From Mobula hypostoma (taxonomy: Eukaryota): a stretch of DNA of 64,000 bases. Position 1 is the stretch's first letter. Every line of letters begins with the position of its first letter. The DNA is taken from NCBI RefSeq assembly GCF_963921235.1, contig NC_086108.1, positions 10,106,001 to 10,170,000 of the forward strand. Reading direction: 5' to 3'. The position numbers were made by a program, and so were the translations under genes. Below, piece by piece: positions 11,634 to 24,810 of this stretch. The notes beneath the pieces are model-generated. The model did not search any database and was not told the DNA's origin. It worked only from the letters and a program-made list of their open reading frames with translations.

Positions 11634-14600
11634 CAGCCTACCGTCCTCCCCTCCGTGCAATGCAACACTCACCAGTTATCAGACCACCATCTCCCCACCG
11701 TACAATACAGTGCCCACCAGTTATCAGCCCACCATCTCCCCACCGTACAATACAGTGCCCACCAGTTATCAGCCCACCATCTCCCCACCGTACAATACAG
11801 TGCCCACCAGTTATCAGCCCACCATCTCCCCACCGTACAATACAGTGCCCACCAGTTATCAGCCCACCATCTCCCCACCGTACAATACAGTGCCCACCAG
11901 TTATCAGCCCACCATCTCCCCACCGTACAATACAGTGCCCACCAGTTATCAGCCCACCATCTCCCCACCGTACAATGCAGTGCCCACCAGTTATCAGCCC
12001 ACCATCTCCCCACCGTACAATACAGTGCCCACCAGTTATCAGCCCACCATCTCCCCACCGTACAATACAGTGCCCACCAGTTATCAGCCCACCATCTCCC
12101 CACCGTACAATACAGTGCCCACCAGTTATCAGCCCACCATCTCCCCACCGTACAATACAGTGCCCACCAGTTATCAGCCCACCATCTCCCCACCGTACAA
12201 TACAGTGCCGACCAGTTATCAGCCCACCATCTCCCCACCGTACAATACAGTGCCCACCAGTTATCAGCCCACCATCTCCCCACCGTACAATACAGTGCCG
12301 ACCAGTTATCAGCCCACCATCTCCCCACCGTACAATACAGTGCCCACCAGTTATCAGCCCACCATCTCCCCACCGTACAATACAGTGCCCACCAGTTATC
12401 AGTCCACCATCTCCCCACCGTACAATACAGTGCCCACCAGTTATCAGCCCACCATCTCCCCACCGTACAATACAGTGCCCACCAGTTATCAGTCCACCAT
12501 CTCCCCACCGTACAATACAGTGCCCACCAGTTATCAGCCCACCATCTCCCCACCGTACAATACAGTGCCCACCAGTTATCAGCCCACCATCTCCCCACCG
12601 TACAATACAGTGCCCACCAGTTATCAGCCCACCATCTCCCCACCGTACAATACAGTGCCCACCAGTTATCAGCCCACCATCTCCCCACCGTACAATACAG
12701 TGCCCACCAGTTATCAGCCCACCATCTCCCCACCGTACAATACAGTGCCCACCAGTTATCAGCCCACCATCTCCCCACCGTACAATACAGTGCCCACCAG
12801 TTATCAGCCCACCATCTCCCCACCGTACAATACAGTGCCCACCAGTTATCAGCCCACCATCTCCCCACCGTACAATACAGTGCCCACCAGTTATCAGCCC
12901 ACCATCTCCCCACCGTACAATACAGTGCCCACCAGTTATCAGCCCACCATCTCCCCACCGTACAATACAGTGCCCACCAGTTATCAGCCCACCATCTCCC
13001 CACCGTACAATACAGTGCCCACCAGTTATCAGCCCACCATCTCCCCACCGTACAATACAGTGCCCACCAGTTATCAGCCCACCATCTCCCCACCGTACAA
13101 TACAGTGCCCACCAGTTATCAGCCCACCATCTCCCCACCGTACAATACAGTGCCCACCAGTTATCAGCCCACCATCCTCCCCTCTGTGCAATACACCGCT
13201 CACCAATTATCAGCCCACCATCTCCCCACCGTACAATACAGTGCCCACCAGTTATCAGACCACCATCTCCCCACCGTACAATACAGTGCCCACCAGTTAT
13301 CAGCCCACCATCTCCCCACCGTACAATACAGTGCCCACCAGTTATCAGCCCACCATCTCCCCACCGTACAATGCAGTGCCCACCAGTTATCAGCCCACCA
13401 TCTCCCCACCGTACAATACAGTGCCCACCAGTTATCAGCCCACCATCTCCCCACCGTACAATACAGTGCCCACCAGTTATCAGCCCACCATCTCCCCACC
13501 GTACAATACAGTGCCCACCAGTTATCAGCCCACCATCTCCCCACCGTACAATACAGTGCCCACCAGTTATCAGCCCACCATCTCCCCACCGTACAATTCA
13601 GTGCCCACCAGTTATCAGCCCACCATCTCCCCACCGTACAATGCAGTGCCCACCAGTTATCAGACCACCATCTCCCCACCGTACAATACAGTGCCCACCA
13701 GTTATCAGCCCACCATCTCCCCACCGTACAATACAGTGCCCACCAGTTATCAGCCCACCATCTCCCCACCGTACAATACAGTGCCCACCAGTTATCAGCC
13801 CACCATCTCCCCACCGTACAATACAGTGCCCACCAGTTATCAGCCCACCATCTCCCCACCGTACAATACAGTGCCCACCAGTTATCAGCCCACCATCTCC
13901 CCACCGTACAATACAGTGCCCACCAGTTATCAGCCCACCATCTCCCCACCGTACAATACAGTGCCCACCAGTTATCAGCCCACCATCTCCCCACCGTACA
14001 ATACAGTGCCCACCAGTTATCAGCCCACCATCTCCCCACCGTACAATGCAGTGCCCACCAGTTATCAGCCCACCATCTCCCCACCGTACAATACAGTGCC
14101 CACCAGTTATCAGCCCACCATCTCCCCACCGTACAATACAGTGCCCACCAGTTATCAGCCCACCATCTCCCCACCGTACAATACAGTGCCCACCAGTTAT
14201 CAGCCCACCATCTCCCCACCGTACAATACAGTGCCCACCAGTTATCAGACCACCATCTCCCCACCGTACAATACAGTGCCCACCAGTTATCAGCCCACCA
14301 TCTCCCCACCGTACAATACAGTGCCCACCAGTTATCAGACCACCATCTCCCCACCGTACAATACAGTGCCCACCAGTTATCAGCCCACCATCTCCCCACC
14401 GTACAATACAGTGCCCACCAGTTATCAGCCCACCATCTCCCCACCGTACAATACAGTGCCCACCAGTTATCAGCCCACCATCTCCCCACCGTACAATACA
14501 GTGCCCACCAGTTATCAGCCCACCATCTCCCCACCGTACAATACAGTGCCCACCAGTTATCAGCCCACCATCTCCCCACCGTACAATACAGTGCCCACCA

Positions 14601-17600
14601 GTTATCAGCCCACCATCTCCCCACCGTACAATACAGTGCCCACCAGTTATCAGCCCACCATCTCCCCACCGTACAATACAGTGCCCACCAGTTATCAGCC
14701 CACCATCTCCCCACCGTACAATACAGTGCCCACCAGTTATCAGCCCACCATCTCCCCACCGTACAATACAGTGCCCACCAGTTATCAGCCCACCATCTCC
14801 CCACCGTACAATACAGTGCCCACCAGTTATCAGCCCACCATCTCCCCACCGTACAATACAGTGCCCACCAGTTATCAGCCCACCATCTCCCCACCGTACA
14901 ATACAGTGCCCACCAGTTATCAGCCCACCATCTCCCCACCGTACAATACAGTGCCCACCAGTTATCAGCCCACCATCTCCCCACCGTACAATACAGTGCC
15001 CACCAGTTATCAGCCCACCATCTCCCCACCGTACAATACAGTGCCCACCAGTTATCAGCCCACCATCTCCCCACCGTACAATACAGTGCCCACCAGTTAT
15101 CAGTCCACCATCTCCCCACCGTACAATACAGTGCCCACCAGTTATCAGTCCACCATCTCCCCACCGTACAATACAGTGCCCACCAGTTATCAGCCCACCA
15201 TCTCCCCACCGTACAATACAGTGCCCACCAGTTATCAGTCCACCATCTCCCCACCGTACAATACAGTGCCCACCAGTTATCAGCCCACCATCTCCCCACC
15301 GTACAATACAGTGCCCACCAGTTATCAGTCCACCATCTCCCCACCGTACAATACAGTGCCCACCAGTTATCAGCCCACCATCTCCCCACCGTACAATACA
15401 GTGCCCACCAGTTATCAGCCCACCATCTCCCCACCGTACAATACAGTGCCCACCAGTTATCAGCCCACCATCTCCCCACCGTACAATACAGTGCCCACCA
15501 GTTATCAGCCCACCATCTCCCCACCGTACAATACAGTGCCCACCAGTTATCAGCCCACCATCTCCCCACCGTACAATACAGTGCCCACCAGTTATCAGCC
15601 CACCATCTCCCCACCGTACAATACAGTGCCCACCAGTTATCAGCCCACCATCTCCCCACCGTACAATACAGTGCCCACCAGTTATCAGCCCACCATCTCC
15701 CCACCGTACAATACAGTGCCCACCAGTTATCAGCCCACCATCTCCCCACCGTACAATACAGTGCCCACCAGTTATCAGCCCACCATCTCCCCACCGTACA
15801 ATACAGTGCCCACCAGTTATCAGCCCACCATCTCCCCACCGTACAATACAGTGCCCACCAGTTATCAGCCCACCATCTCCCCACCGTACAATACAGTGCC
15901 CACCAGTTATCAGCCCACCATCTCCCCACCGTACAATACAGTGCCCACCAGTTATCAGCCCACCATCTCCCCACCGTACAATACAGTGCCCACCAGTTAT
16001 CAGCCCACCATCTCCCCACCGTACAATACAGTGCCCACCAGTTATCAGTCCACCATCTCCCCACCGTACAATACAGTGCCCACCAGTTATCAGCCCACCA
16101 TCTCCCCACCGTACAATACAGTGCCCACCAGTTATCAGCCCACCATCTCCCCACCGTACAATACAGTGCCCACCAGTTATCAGTCCACCATCTCCCCACC
16201 GTACAATACAGTGCCCACCAGTTATCAGCCCACCATCTCCCCACCGTACAATACAGTGCCCACCAGTTATCAGTCCACCATCTCCCCACCGTACAATACA
16301 GTGCCCACCAGTTATCAGCCCACCATCTCCCCACCGTACAATACAGTGCCCACCAGTTATCAGTCCACCATCTCCCCACCGTACAATACAGTGCCCACCA
16401 GTTATCAGCCCACCATCTCCCCACCGTACAATACAGTGCCCACCAGTTATCAGCCCACCATCTCCCCACCGTACAATACAGTGCCCACCAGTTATCAGCC
16501 CACCATCTCCCCACCGTACAATACAGTGCCCACCAGTTATCAGCCCACCATCTCCCCACCGTACAATACAGTGCCCACCAGTTATCAGCCCACCATCTCC
16601 CCACCGTACAATACAGTGCCCACCAGTTATCAGCCCACCATCTCCCCACCGTACAATACAGTGCCCACCAGTTATCAGCCCACCATCTCCCCACCGTACA
16701 ATACAGTGCCCACCAGTTATCAGCCCACCATCTCCCCACCGTACAATACAGTGCCCACCAGTTATCAGCCCACCATCTCCCCACCGTACAATACAGTGCC
16801 CACCAGTTATCAGCCCACCATCTCCCCACCGTACAATACAGTGCCCACCAGTTATCAGCCCACCATCTCCCCACCGTACAATACAGTGCCCACCAGTTAT
16901 CAGCCCACCATCTCCCCACCGTACAATACAGTGCCCACCAGTTATCAGTCCACCATCTCCCCACCGTACAATACAGTGCCCACCAGTTATCAGCCCACCA
17001 TCTCCCCACCGTACAATACAGTGCCCACCAGTTATCAGTCCACCATCTCCCCACCGTACAATACAGTGCCCACCAGTTATCAGCCCACCATCTCCCCACC
17101 GTACAATACAGTGCCCACCAGTTATCAGTCCACCATCTCCCCACCGTACAATACAGTGCCCACCAGTTATCAGCCCACCATCTCCCCACCGTACAATACA
17201 GTGCCCACCAGTTATCAGCCCACCATCTCCCCACCGTACAATACAGTGCCCACCAGTTATCAGCCCACCATCTCCCCACCGTACAATACAGTGCCCACCA
17301 GTTATCAGTCCACCATCTCCCCACCGTACAATACAGTGCCCACCAGTTATCAGCTCACCATCTCCCCACCGTACAATACAGTGCCCACCAGTTATCAGCC
17401 CACCATCTCCCCACCGTACAATACAGTGCCCACCAGTTATCAGCCCACCATCTCCCCACCGTACAATACAGTGCCCACCAGTTATCAGCCCACCATCTCC
17501 CCACCGTACAATACAGTGCCCACCAGTTATCAGCCCACCATCTCCCCACCGTACAATACAGTGCCTACCAGTTATCAGTCCACCATCTCCCCACCGTACA

Positions 17601-18208
17601 ATACAGTGCCCACCAGTTATCAGTCCACCATCTCCCCACCGTACAATACAGTGCCCACCAGTTATCAGCCCACCATCTCCCCACCGTACAATACAGTGCC
17701 CACCAGTTATCAGCCCACCATCTCCCCACCGTACAATACAGTGCCCACCAGTTATCAGCCCACCATCTCCCCACCGTACAATACAGTGCCGACCAGTTAT
17801 CAGCCCACCATCTCCCCACCGTACAATACAGTGCCCACCAGTTATCAGCCCACCATCCTCCCCTCTGTGCAATACACCGCTCACCAATTATCAGCGCACC
17901 ATCCTCCTGCCGTGCAATACAGCGCTCACCAATTATCAGCCTATCATCCTTCCCTCCGTGCAATACAGTGCCCACCAATTATCAGCCTACCGTCCTCCCC
18001 ACCGTACAATAGTGCTCACCAGTTTCCAGCCCACCATCCTCCCCTCTGTGCAATACACCGCTCACCAATTATCAGCCCACCGTCCTCCTGCCGTGCAATA
18101 CAGCACTCACCAATTAGCCTACCGTCCTCCCCACCGTACAATACAGTGCTCACCAATTATCAGCCTACCATCCTCCCCTCTGTGTAATACACCGCTCACC
18201 AGTTATCA
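11634..18208. repeat. Minisatellite: 136 near-perfect 45-bp units (CAGCCCACCATCTCCCCACCGTACAATACAGTGCCCACCAGTTAT) plus diverged ~46-bp units
   Basis: One 46-bp unit at 11634-11679, 33 units at 11680-13164, one 46-bp unit at 13165-13210, 103 units at 13211-17845, then about 8 diverged units to about 18208. Confidence 0.98.
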
Positions 18209-18220
18209 AAGGCCTCCCTT

Positions 18221-18774
18221 GTGGTGTACAGAAGAGCATCTCTGAATGCGCAACACGTCAAACCTTGAAGTGGATGGGTTTCAGCTGTCAAGGTATGTGC
18301 TTGTAGGACTGGACCCAAATGCAGAGGAACAGCAGACTTTCTCTGTCCCGGGGGTTGCTGTCACCAACTCAACCCAGCAACGGTGGACAGCAGGCTCATG
18401 ACTTAACCCCGGAGTGGAGAGCAGCAGATTCCCCGTGAAGAGATGGAAACAAAAGGTTAGACATTGGAATACTAACAGAGCCTCAGAGAAATGACTGAAC
18501 GACACTGCAAGATAATTCATTCTCTCCAACACAATAACTCTGCTAAGGCACAAAACGAAGTCCTCTTTAGATAATTCTGTAATGCGGAAAACCTTTGCCA
18601 GTCACAGTTAACGGACCAGATTAATCAGAAAGGAAAGGACTTAACAGCTCTTGTTAAGACAACAGTTAGTAAATACAGGTGCTTGAGAAACTGAGAAGCC
18701 CAGGCATGCCACAGATGCCCACTGGGCTCCTGACAACAGCTACAGCTGGTACCTAATAAAGTGGCTACTGAATA
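18221..18774 (+). mobile_element. Tc1-like transposon, right part and right TIR (interrupted by an LTR)
   Basis: GVQKSISECATRQTLKWMGFS is a downstream part of the Tc1 transposase. GTACCTAATAAAGTGGCTACTGA at about 18749-18771 is the inverse of the TIR at 8877. Confidence 0.8.
18286..18735. mobile_element. Solo LTR (450 bp)
   Basis: TGTCA...TGACA termini and a 5-bp TSD TCAGC/ACAGC. Related copies at about 6780-6969 and about 57390-57717. Confidence 0.75.
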
Positions 18775-19367
18775 TATATTTTTACAATAGCAATGACTCT
18801 TGAAAGATAAATACTTTTCAGTTCCATAACCTACAGGGTTTAATGACATAAACTTGTGAATTCTCCCTTCCTGAATTTCTTGTAATCACCCAACCAATCT
18901 CATCATGATTTTTTTTATCAACTTTAATCACAAGCCCTTGAGAAAACCGTTCGAGGGCCTTTGTCAGGCTCTCTTTCTGAGAACCTTTCTTCATGCAGGC
19001 TCACACTCCAGGAAATTTAATCTATTTTCAAATAAAATTTCTCCACATCAGATTGGGTGCTGCGTTAATAATTGATATTGCTGCAAAGCTTGACAGTGAA
19101 ATGTTTTGGAGATATCTATAATTGTTAGCTTTTTCACAAAAGCCCATTATATATCCTTCTAATTCCACCCCTTCTTTGCAAAATCCTCCCAATATATAAT
19201 TTTATTCACCGAATTTTGATCTTTGCCCATTCCTCCCTCTCCGTAAACTTGTTCTGAGAGTTCCTCTGTCTGTTCTTGACCGGAAACTATGTGTTATTCT
19301 GTACTCTGCCATGACTGATCTCTCCGCCTCTATTTTCCTGTAGCTAATGATTTTTCTTTCTGACACA

Positions 19368-20035
19368 CACTCAGTGTCCACTTTATTAAAGTAATAGAGT
19401 CATAGGAAAGAACAGCACAGAAACAGGCCCTTCGGCCCTTCCAGCTAATGCTGACGCCATTCAAACTGTCTACTCCCATCAACCTGCACCACAACCATAG
19501 TCCTCCATACGCCTACCATCCATGTACCTATCTAAACTTCTCTTAAACATTGAAATTGAGCTTGCATACACCACTTGAGCTGGCAGTCCATTCCACGCTC
19601 TTGCCACCCTTATGCAGTTTCCCTTCATGTTCCTCCTAAACTTTCCAGGTCCCTCCTGTACCTCATAAAATGGTCACCAAGTGAATGGTTGTGGTTTTCT
19701 GCTGCTGTGGCCTGTCCACTTCAAAGTTCGATGTGCTATGCATTCAGAAATACTTTTCTGCACACCACTGTTGTAACGCGTTTATTTGAGTTACTGTTGC
19801 CTTCCCGTCAGCTTGAACCAGCTCCTCCGACCTCTTTCATTACCAAGGTGCTTTCGCTTTCAGAACTGCTGATTACTAGATTGTTTTACTAGAATGTTTT
19901 TCACACCATTCTCTGTCAACTCCTGAGCAGAGGGTCTACAGATCCCTTGGTTAATGTTAGGTGTGCATCGTACAAACAGGTGGAGAACTCATGCTCTAGA
20001 GGCTGTTGTGTGTGAAAACCCCAGGAGATTGCTGA
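19368..20035 (-). mobile_element. Second Tc1-like copy, interrupted by a CR1 tail and a MITE
   Basis: TIR CACTCAGTGTCCACTTTATT at 19368. About 19700-20030 is reverse-complement similar to the Tc1 pieces at 18221-18285 and 9085-9123. Confidence 0.7.
19928..19993. mobile_element. hAT MITE (degenerate)
   Basis: Flanked by CTCCTGAG/CTCTAGAG. Internally similar to 51749-51831. Confidence 0.6.
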
Positions 20036-20045
20036 ACGGCTTCGA

Positions 20046-22838
20046 TAGAAACATAGAAACATAGAAACATAGAAAATAGGTGCAGGAGTAGGCCATTCAG
20101 CCCTTCGAGCCTGCACCGCTATTTATTACGATCACGACTAATCATCCAACTCAGAACCCCGCCCCAGCCGTCCCTCCATACCCCCTGATTCCCGTGGCCA
20201 CAAGGGCCATATCTAACTCCCTCTTAAATATACCCAATGAACTGGCCTCAACTGTTTCCTGTGGCAGAGAATTCCACAGATTCACCACTCTCTGTGTGAA
20301 GAAGTTTTTCCTAATCTTGGTCCGAAAAGGCTTCCCCTCTATCCTCAAACTGTGGCCCCTCGTTCTGGACTTCCCCAACATCGGGAACAATCTTCCTGCA
20401 TCTAGCCTGTCCAATCCCTTTAGGATTTTATACGTTTCAATCAGATCCCCCCCTCAATCTTCTAAATTCCAACGAGTACAAGCCCAGTTCATCCAGTTTT
20501 TCTTCATATGAAAGTCCTGCCATCCCAGGAATCAATCTGGTGAACCTTCTTTGTACTCCCTCTAAGGCAAGGATGTCTTTCCTCAGATTAGGGGACCAAA
20601 ACTGCACACAATACTCCAGGTGTGGTCTCACCAAGGCCTTGTACAACTGCAGTAGTACCTCCCTGCTCCTGTACTCAAATCCTCTCGCTATAAATGCCAG
20701 CATACCGTTCGCCTTTTTCACCGCCTGCTGTACCTGCATGCCCACTTTCAATGACTGGAGTATAATGACACCCAGGTCTCGTTGCACCTCCCCTTTTCCT
20801 AATCAGCCACCATTCAGATAATAATCTGTTTTCCTATTTTTGCCACCAAAGTGGATAACTTCACATTTATCCACATTAAATTGCATCTGCCATGAGTTTG
20901 CCCACTCACCCAACCTATCCAAGTCACCCTGCATCCTCTTAGCATCCTCCTCACTGCTAACACTGCCACCCAGCTTCGTGTCATCCGCAAACTTGGAGAT
21001 GCTGCATTTAATTCCCTCATCCAAGTCATTAATATATATTGTAAACAACTGGGGTCCCAGCACTGAGCCTTGCGGTACCCCACTAGTCACCGCCTGCCAT
21101 TCTGAAAAGGTCCCGTTTATTCCCACTCTTTGCTTCCTGTCTGCTAACCAATTCTCCACCCACACCAATACCTTACCCCCAATACCGTGTGCTTTAAGTT
21201 TGCACACTAATCTCCTGTGTGGGACCTTGTCAAAAGCCTTTTGAAAATCCAAATATACCACATCCACTGGTTCTCCCCCATCCACTCTACTAGTTACATC
21301 CTCAGAAAATTCTATGAGATTCGTCAGACATGATTTTCCTTTCACAAATCCATGCTGACTTTGTCCGATGATTTCACCGCTTTCCAAATGTGCTGTTATC
21401 ACATCCTTGATAACTGACTCCAGCAGTTTCCCGACCACTGACGTTAGGCTAACCGGTCTATAATTCCCCGGTTTCTCTCTCCCTCCTTTTTTAAAAAGTG
21501 GAGTTACATTAGCCACCCTCCAATCCTCAGGAACTAGTCCAGAATCTAACGAGTTTTGAAAAATTATCACTAATGCATCCACTATTTCTTGGGCTACTTC
21601 CTTAAGCACTCTAGGATGCAGACCATCTGGCCCTGGGGGTTTATCTGCCTTCAATCCCTTCAATTTACCTAACACCACTTCCCTACTAACATGTATTTCG
21701 CTCAGTTCCTCCATCTCACTGGACCCTCTGTCCCCTACTATTTCTGGAAGATTATTTATGTCCTCCTTAGTGAAGACAGAACCAAAGTAATTATTCAATT
21801 GGTCTGCCATGTCCTTGCTCCCCATAATCAATTCACCTGTTTCTGTCTGCAGGGGACCTACATTTGTCTTTACCAGTCTTTTCCTTTTTACATACCTATA
21901 AAAGCTTTTACAGTCCGTTTTTATGTTCCCTACCAGTTTTCTCTCATAATCTCTTTTCCCCTCCCTAATTAAGCCCTTTGTCCTCCTCTGCTGAACTCTG
22001 AATTTCTCCCAATCCTCAGGTGAGCCACTTTCTCTGACTAATTTGTATGCTACTTCTTTGGAATTGATACTATCCCTAATTTCCCTTGTCAGCCACAGGT
22101 GCCCTACCTTCCTTGATTTATTCTTTTGCCAAACTGGGATGAACAATTGTTGTAGTTCATCCATGCAACCTTTAAATGCTTGCCATTGCATATCCACCGT
22201 CAATCCTTTAAGTGTCATTTGCCAGTCTATCTTAGCTAATTCACGCCTCATACCTTCAAAGTTACCCCTCTTTAAGTTCAGAACCTTTGTTTCTGAATTA
22301 ACTATGTCACTCTCCATATTAATGAAGAATTCCACCATATTATGGTCACTCTCACCCAAGGGGCCTCTCACGACAAGATTGCTAATTAACCCTTCCTCAT
22401 TGCTCAAAACCCAGTCTAGAATAGCCTGCTCTCTAGTTGGTTCCTCGACATGTTGGTTCAAAAAACCATCCCGCATACATTCCAAGAAATCCTCTTCCTC
22501 AGCACCTTTACCAATTTGGTTCACCCAATCTACATGTAGATTGAAGTCACCCATTATAACTGCTGTTCCTTTATTGCACACATTTCTAATTTCCTGTTTA
22601 ATACCATCTCCGACCTCACTGCTACTGTTAGGTGGCCTGTACACAACTCCCACCAGCATCTTCTGCCCCTTAGTGTTACGCAGCTCTACCCATATCGATT
22701 ACACATCTTCCCGGCTTATGTCCTTCCTTTCTATTGCGTTAATCTCTTCTTTAACCAGCAACACCACCCCACCTCCCCTTCCTTCATGTCTATCCCTCCT
22801 GAATATTGAATATCCCTGAACGTTGAGCTCCCATCCCT
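20046..22838 (-). mobile_element. Young 5'-truncated CR1/HER1-type LINE (partial APE endonuclease plus reverse transcriptase), disabled
   Basis: ORF 20803-22659 with GVVYRPP, MGDFN, SDHN, YLDFQKAFDKVPH, GVPQGSVLGP, KFADD. CGA>TGA stop at 20803 and a +1 frameshift in a C7 run at about 20447-20453. (TTTCTATG)n tail. Confidence 0.97.
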
Positions 22839-23135
22839 GGATGTGGAGGGGATGTTTCTTATGGTGAAGGCGTCCAAGACTAGAGGCCACAGGCTCAGAA
22901 TAGAGGGATGTCCATTTAGAACAGAGATGAGGAGGAATTTCTTAGAGTGTGGAATTTGTTGCCACTGGTGACTGTGGAGACCAAGTCACTGGGCAGAGGT
23001 CAATGGATTCTTGGTTGGCCAGGGCATGAAGGGATACGGGGAGAAGGCTGGAGATTGGGGCTGAGAAGGAAATTGGATCAGCCATGACGAAATGGCGGAG
23101 CAGGCCTGATGGGCCTAATCCTGCTCCTACATCTT
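22839..23135 (+). mobile_element. Older CR1 3' fragment, head-to-head with the young LINE
   Basis: GATGTGGAGGGGATGTTTC...CAGAATAGAGGG...ATGAGGAGGAATTTC, a diverged CR1 3' end. Confidence 0.8.
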
Positions 23136-24344
23136 GTGCTCTTGTGGTGTTACGAGGTACTTATTGCCCAAGCCAAAGCCATCACTGCTAAGCAAGAGCA
23201 GAACGCTATGGGAACACCACACCAGTCTGAATTCTGGCCATATCAGTGCTCCTTCATCATGATTGCATCTACATGCTGGAACCCTCTCCACAAGCGCACT
23301 GTGGGGGGAGCTGCACCGCAGGGAGAGCTGCAGAAGGAGGAGGCTCACCCCCGACTTCAAGCTAAAATTATCTCTGCACAATAACTGCTGGCCGTGCCAG
23401 TCACACCCACCACCTGATAATGAATAATTAATAAACCCTTAATTCATCGCCCGCCTTTGTACTGCACGCCCTCACACCACACGACCACATCTCCCACGGC
23501 AACTGTTGAATCACAGCTCCTTAATTGTCTCCATCTCCCTCGCCAGAACAATGCACACACGTTGCTCACAAGCCAAGTCTCAGTTTTGCAAAGCGTTTAC
23601 CGAAGGTTAAGGAAAACAGATAAAGTATTCCAAATCCTACGGAGGCTTAGAGGATGCAACAAAGAGAGTTTAGAGGCTTTTAGAATCATGAAGGGATTGG
23701 CGAGATTTCAGTTTGATAGATTACATAAACTCACAGTGCTGGAGCAGGATTTGAATCCACAACTTTATGAGGGATTGGCATAGCCGATACAAGGACTGGC
23801 CTTTGCCTCAGCCTGTCTCCTATCGTTCTCTGTTCTGTTGGCGGCCACAGAATCTGGACCTGGTTTAATATGGCGTGAAATTTCTTGCTTTGCGCCAATG
23901 GTACATAATAATTTTTAAAAACTATAAGTAACTGTAAAGAAGTTAATTAAGTAGTGCAAAAAGGGAGGGAAAACTGGTGAGGCAGTGTTCATGAATTCAG
24001 TGTCCGTTCAGAAATCTATTGGTGGAGGAGAAGAAGCTGTAACCGAAACACTGAGATTGTGTCTTCAGGCTCCTGAACCTCCTCCTTGAAGGTAGCAATG
24101 AGAAGAGGGCACGTCCTGAGAGATGGGGGCCCTTAATGATGAACGCCACCTTTTTTAAGCATTGCCTTTTGAAGCTGTACTCGATGCTGGGGGCTGGAGC
24201 CCTAACAGGTACACTTTCAATGTAAAACAGGGACTGCACTCCAAAGAGATCCCATTGCCTGGAAAGTGACCGGGGATGGTGAAGTTCCTCTGAATCCATA
24301 GCACACACACTCAGTGGCCACGTTATTAGGTACCACCCTCTCTC

Positions 24345-24810
24345 TCTCTGAGCAAGCTGTTACCCTCTCCACACATCTGATGAACCCAAAGGAAGAGCAG
24401 AGACTGATACAGTTTGGTACCAGCAGCATTGCAGGAGTTGCCACTCAGCATGTAGGACTGCCTCAGGGATCCAGCTCTGGACTTTTCCCTCGGGCTTTAC
24501 TCCTGAAGCCTTTCCCATGAGGGAATATAGGCTCAAGGCAGCGGAGGTTTGAGATCAGAGTTTCCCTTCTCCTGGATGAGCTGCCAACCACGGCTGACGG
24601 GCCCCATCTGCCCGAAGCAACTGGTTTTAAGGCACCAGCAACCTACCACTGCCCCTTCTCCTGTCAGTAGAAATGGTTCTGCCGGGCTTAGTAGCTAAGC
24701 CACACGTAAAGGCCAGGAGCTGAACTTGGTTGTCAGAGGCTATTTGAGGTGCACACCATTGGGCGCATTTAACAGGTAGTGGGAGCTTATCCCCATTACC
24801 ACCCCCAGCT
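24345..24810 (-). mobile_element. RTE-related non-autonomous element (family of 46690-47485)
   Basis: Reverse-complement match to about 46970-47420. Confidence 0.7.

Noticed and set aside
11680..17845. CRISPR array, or a real mucin/extensin gene
   Set aside because: Units are contiguous with no unique spacers and no cas genes. The ORFs lack a signal peptide or unique domains, start in transposon debris, and are open in most frames.
20194..22819. Antisense ORFs over the CR1 copies (also at 35004-37487)
   Set aside because: Shadow frames of LINE ORF2, reproduced in both copies.
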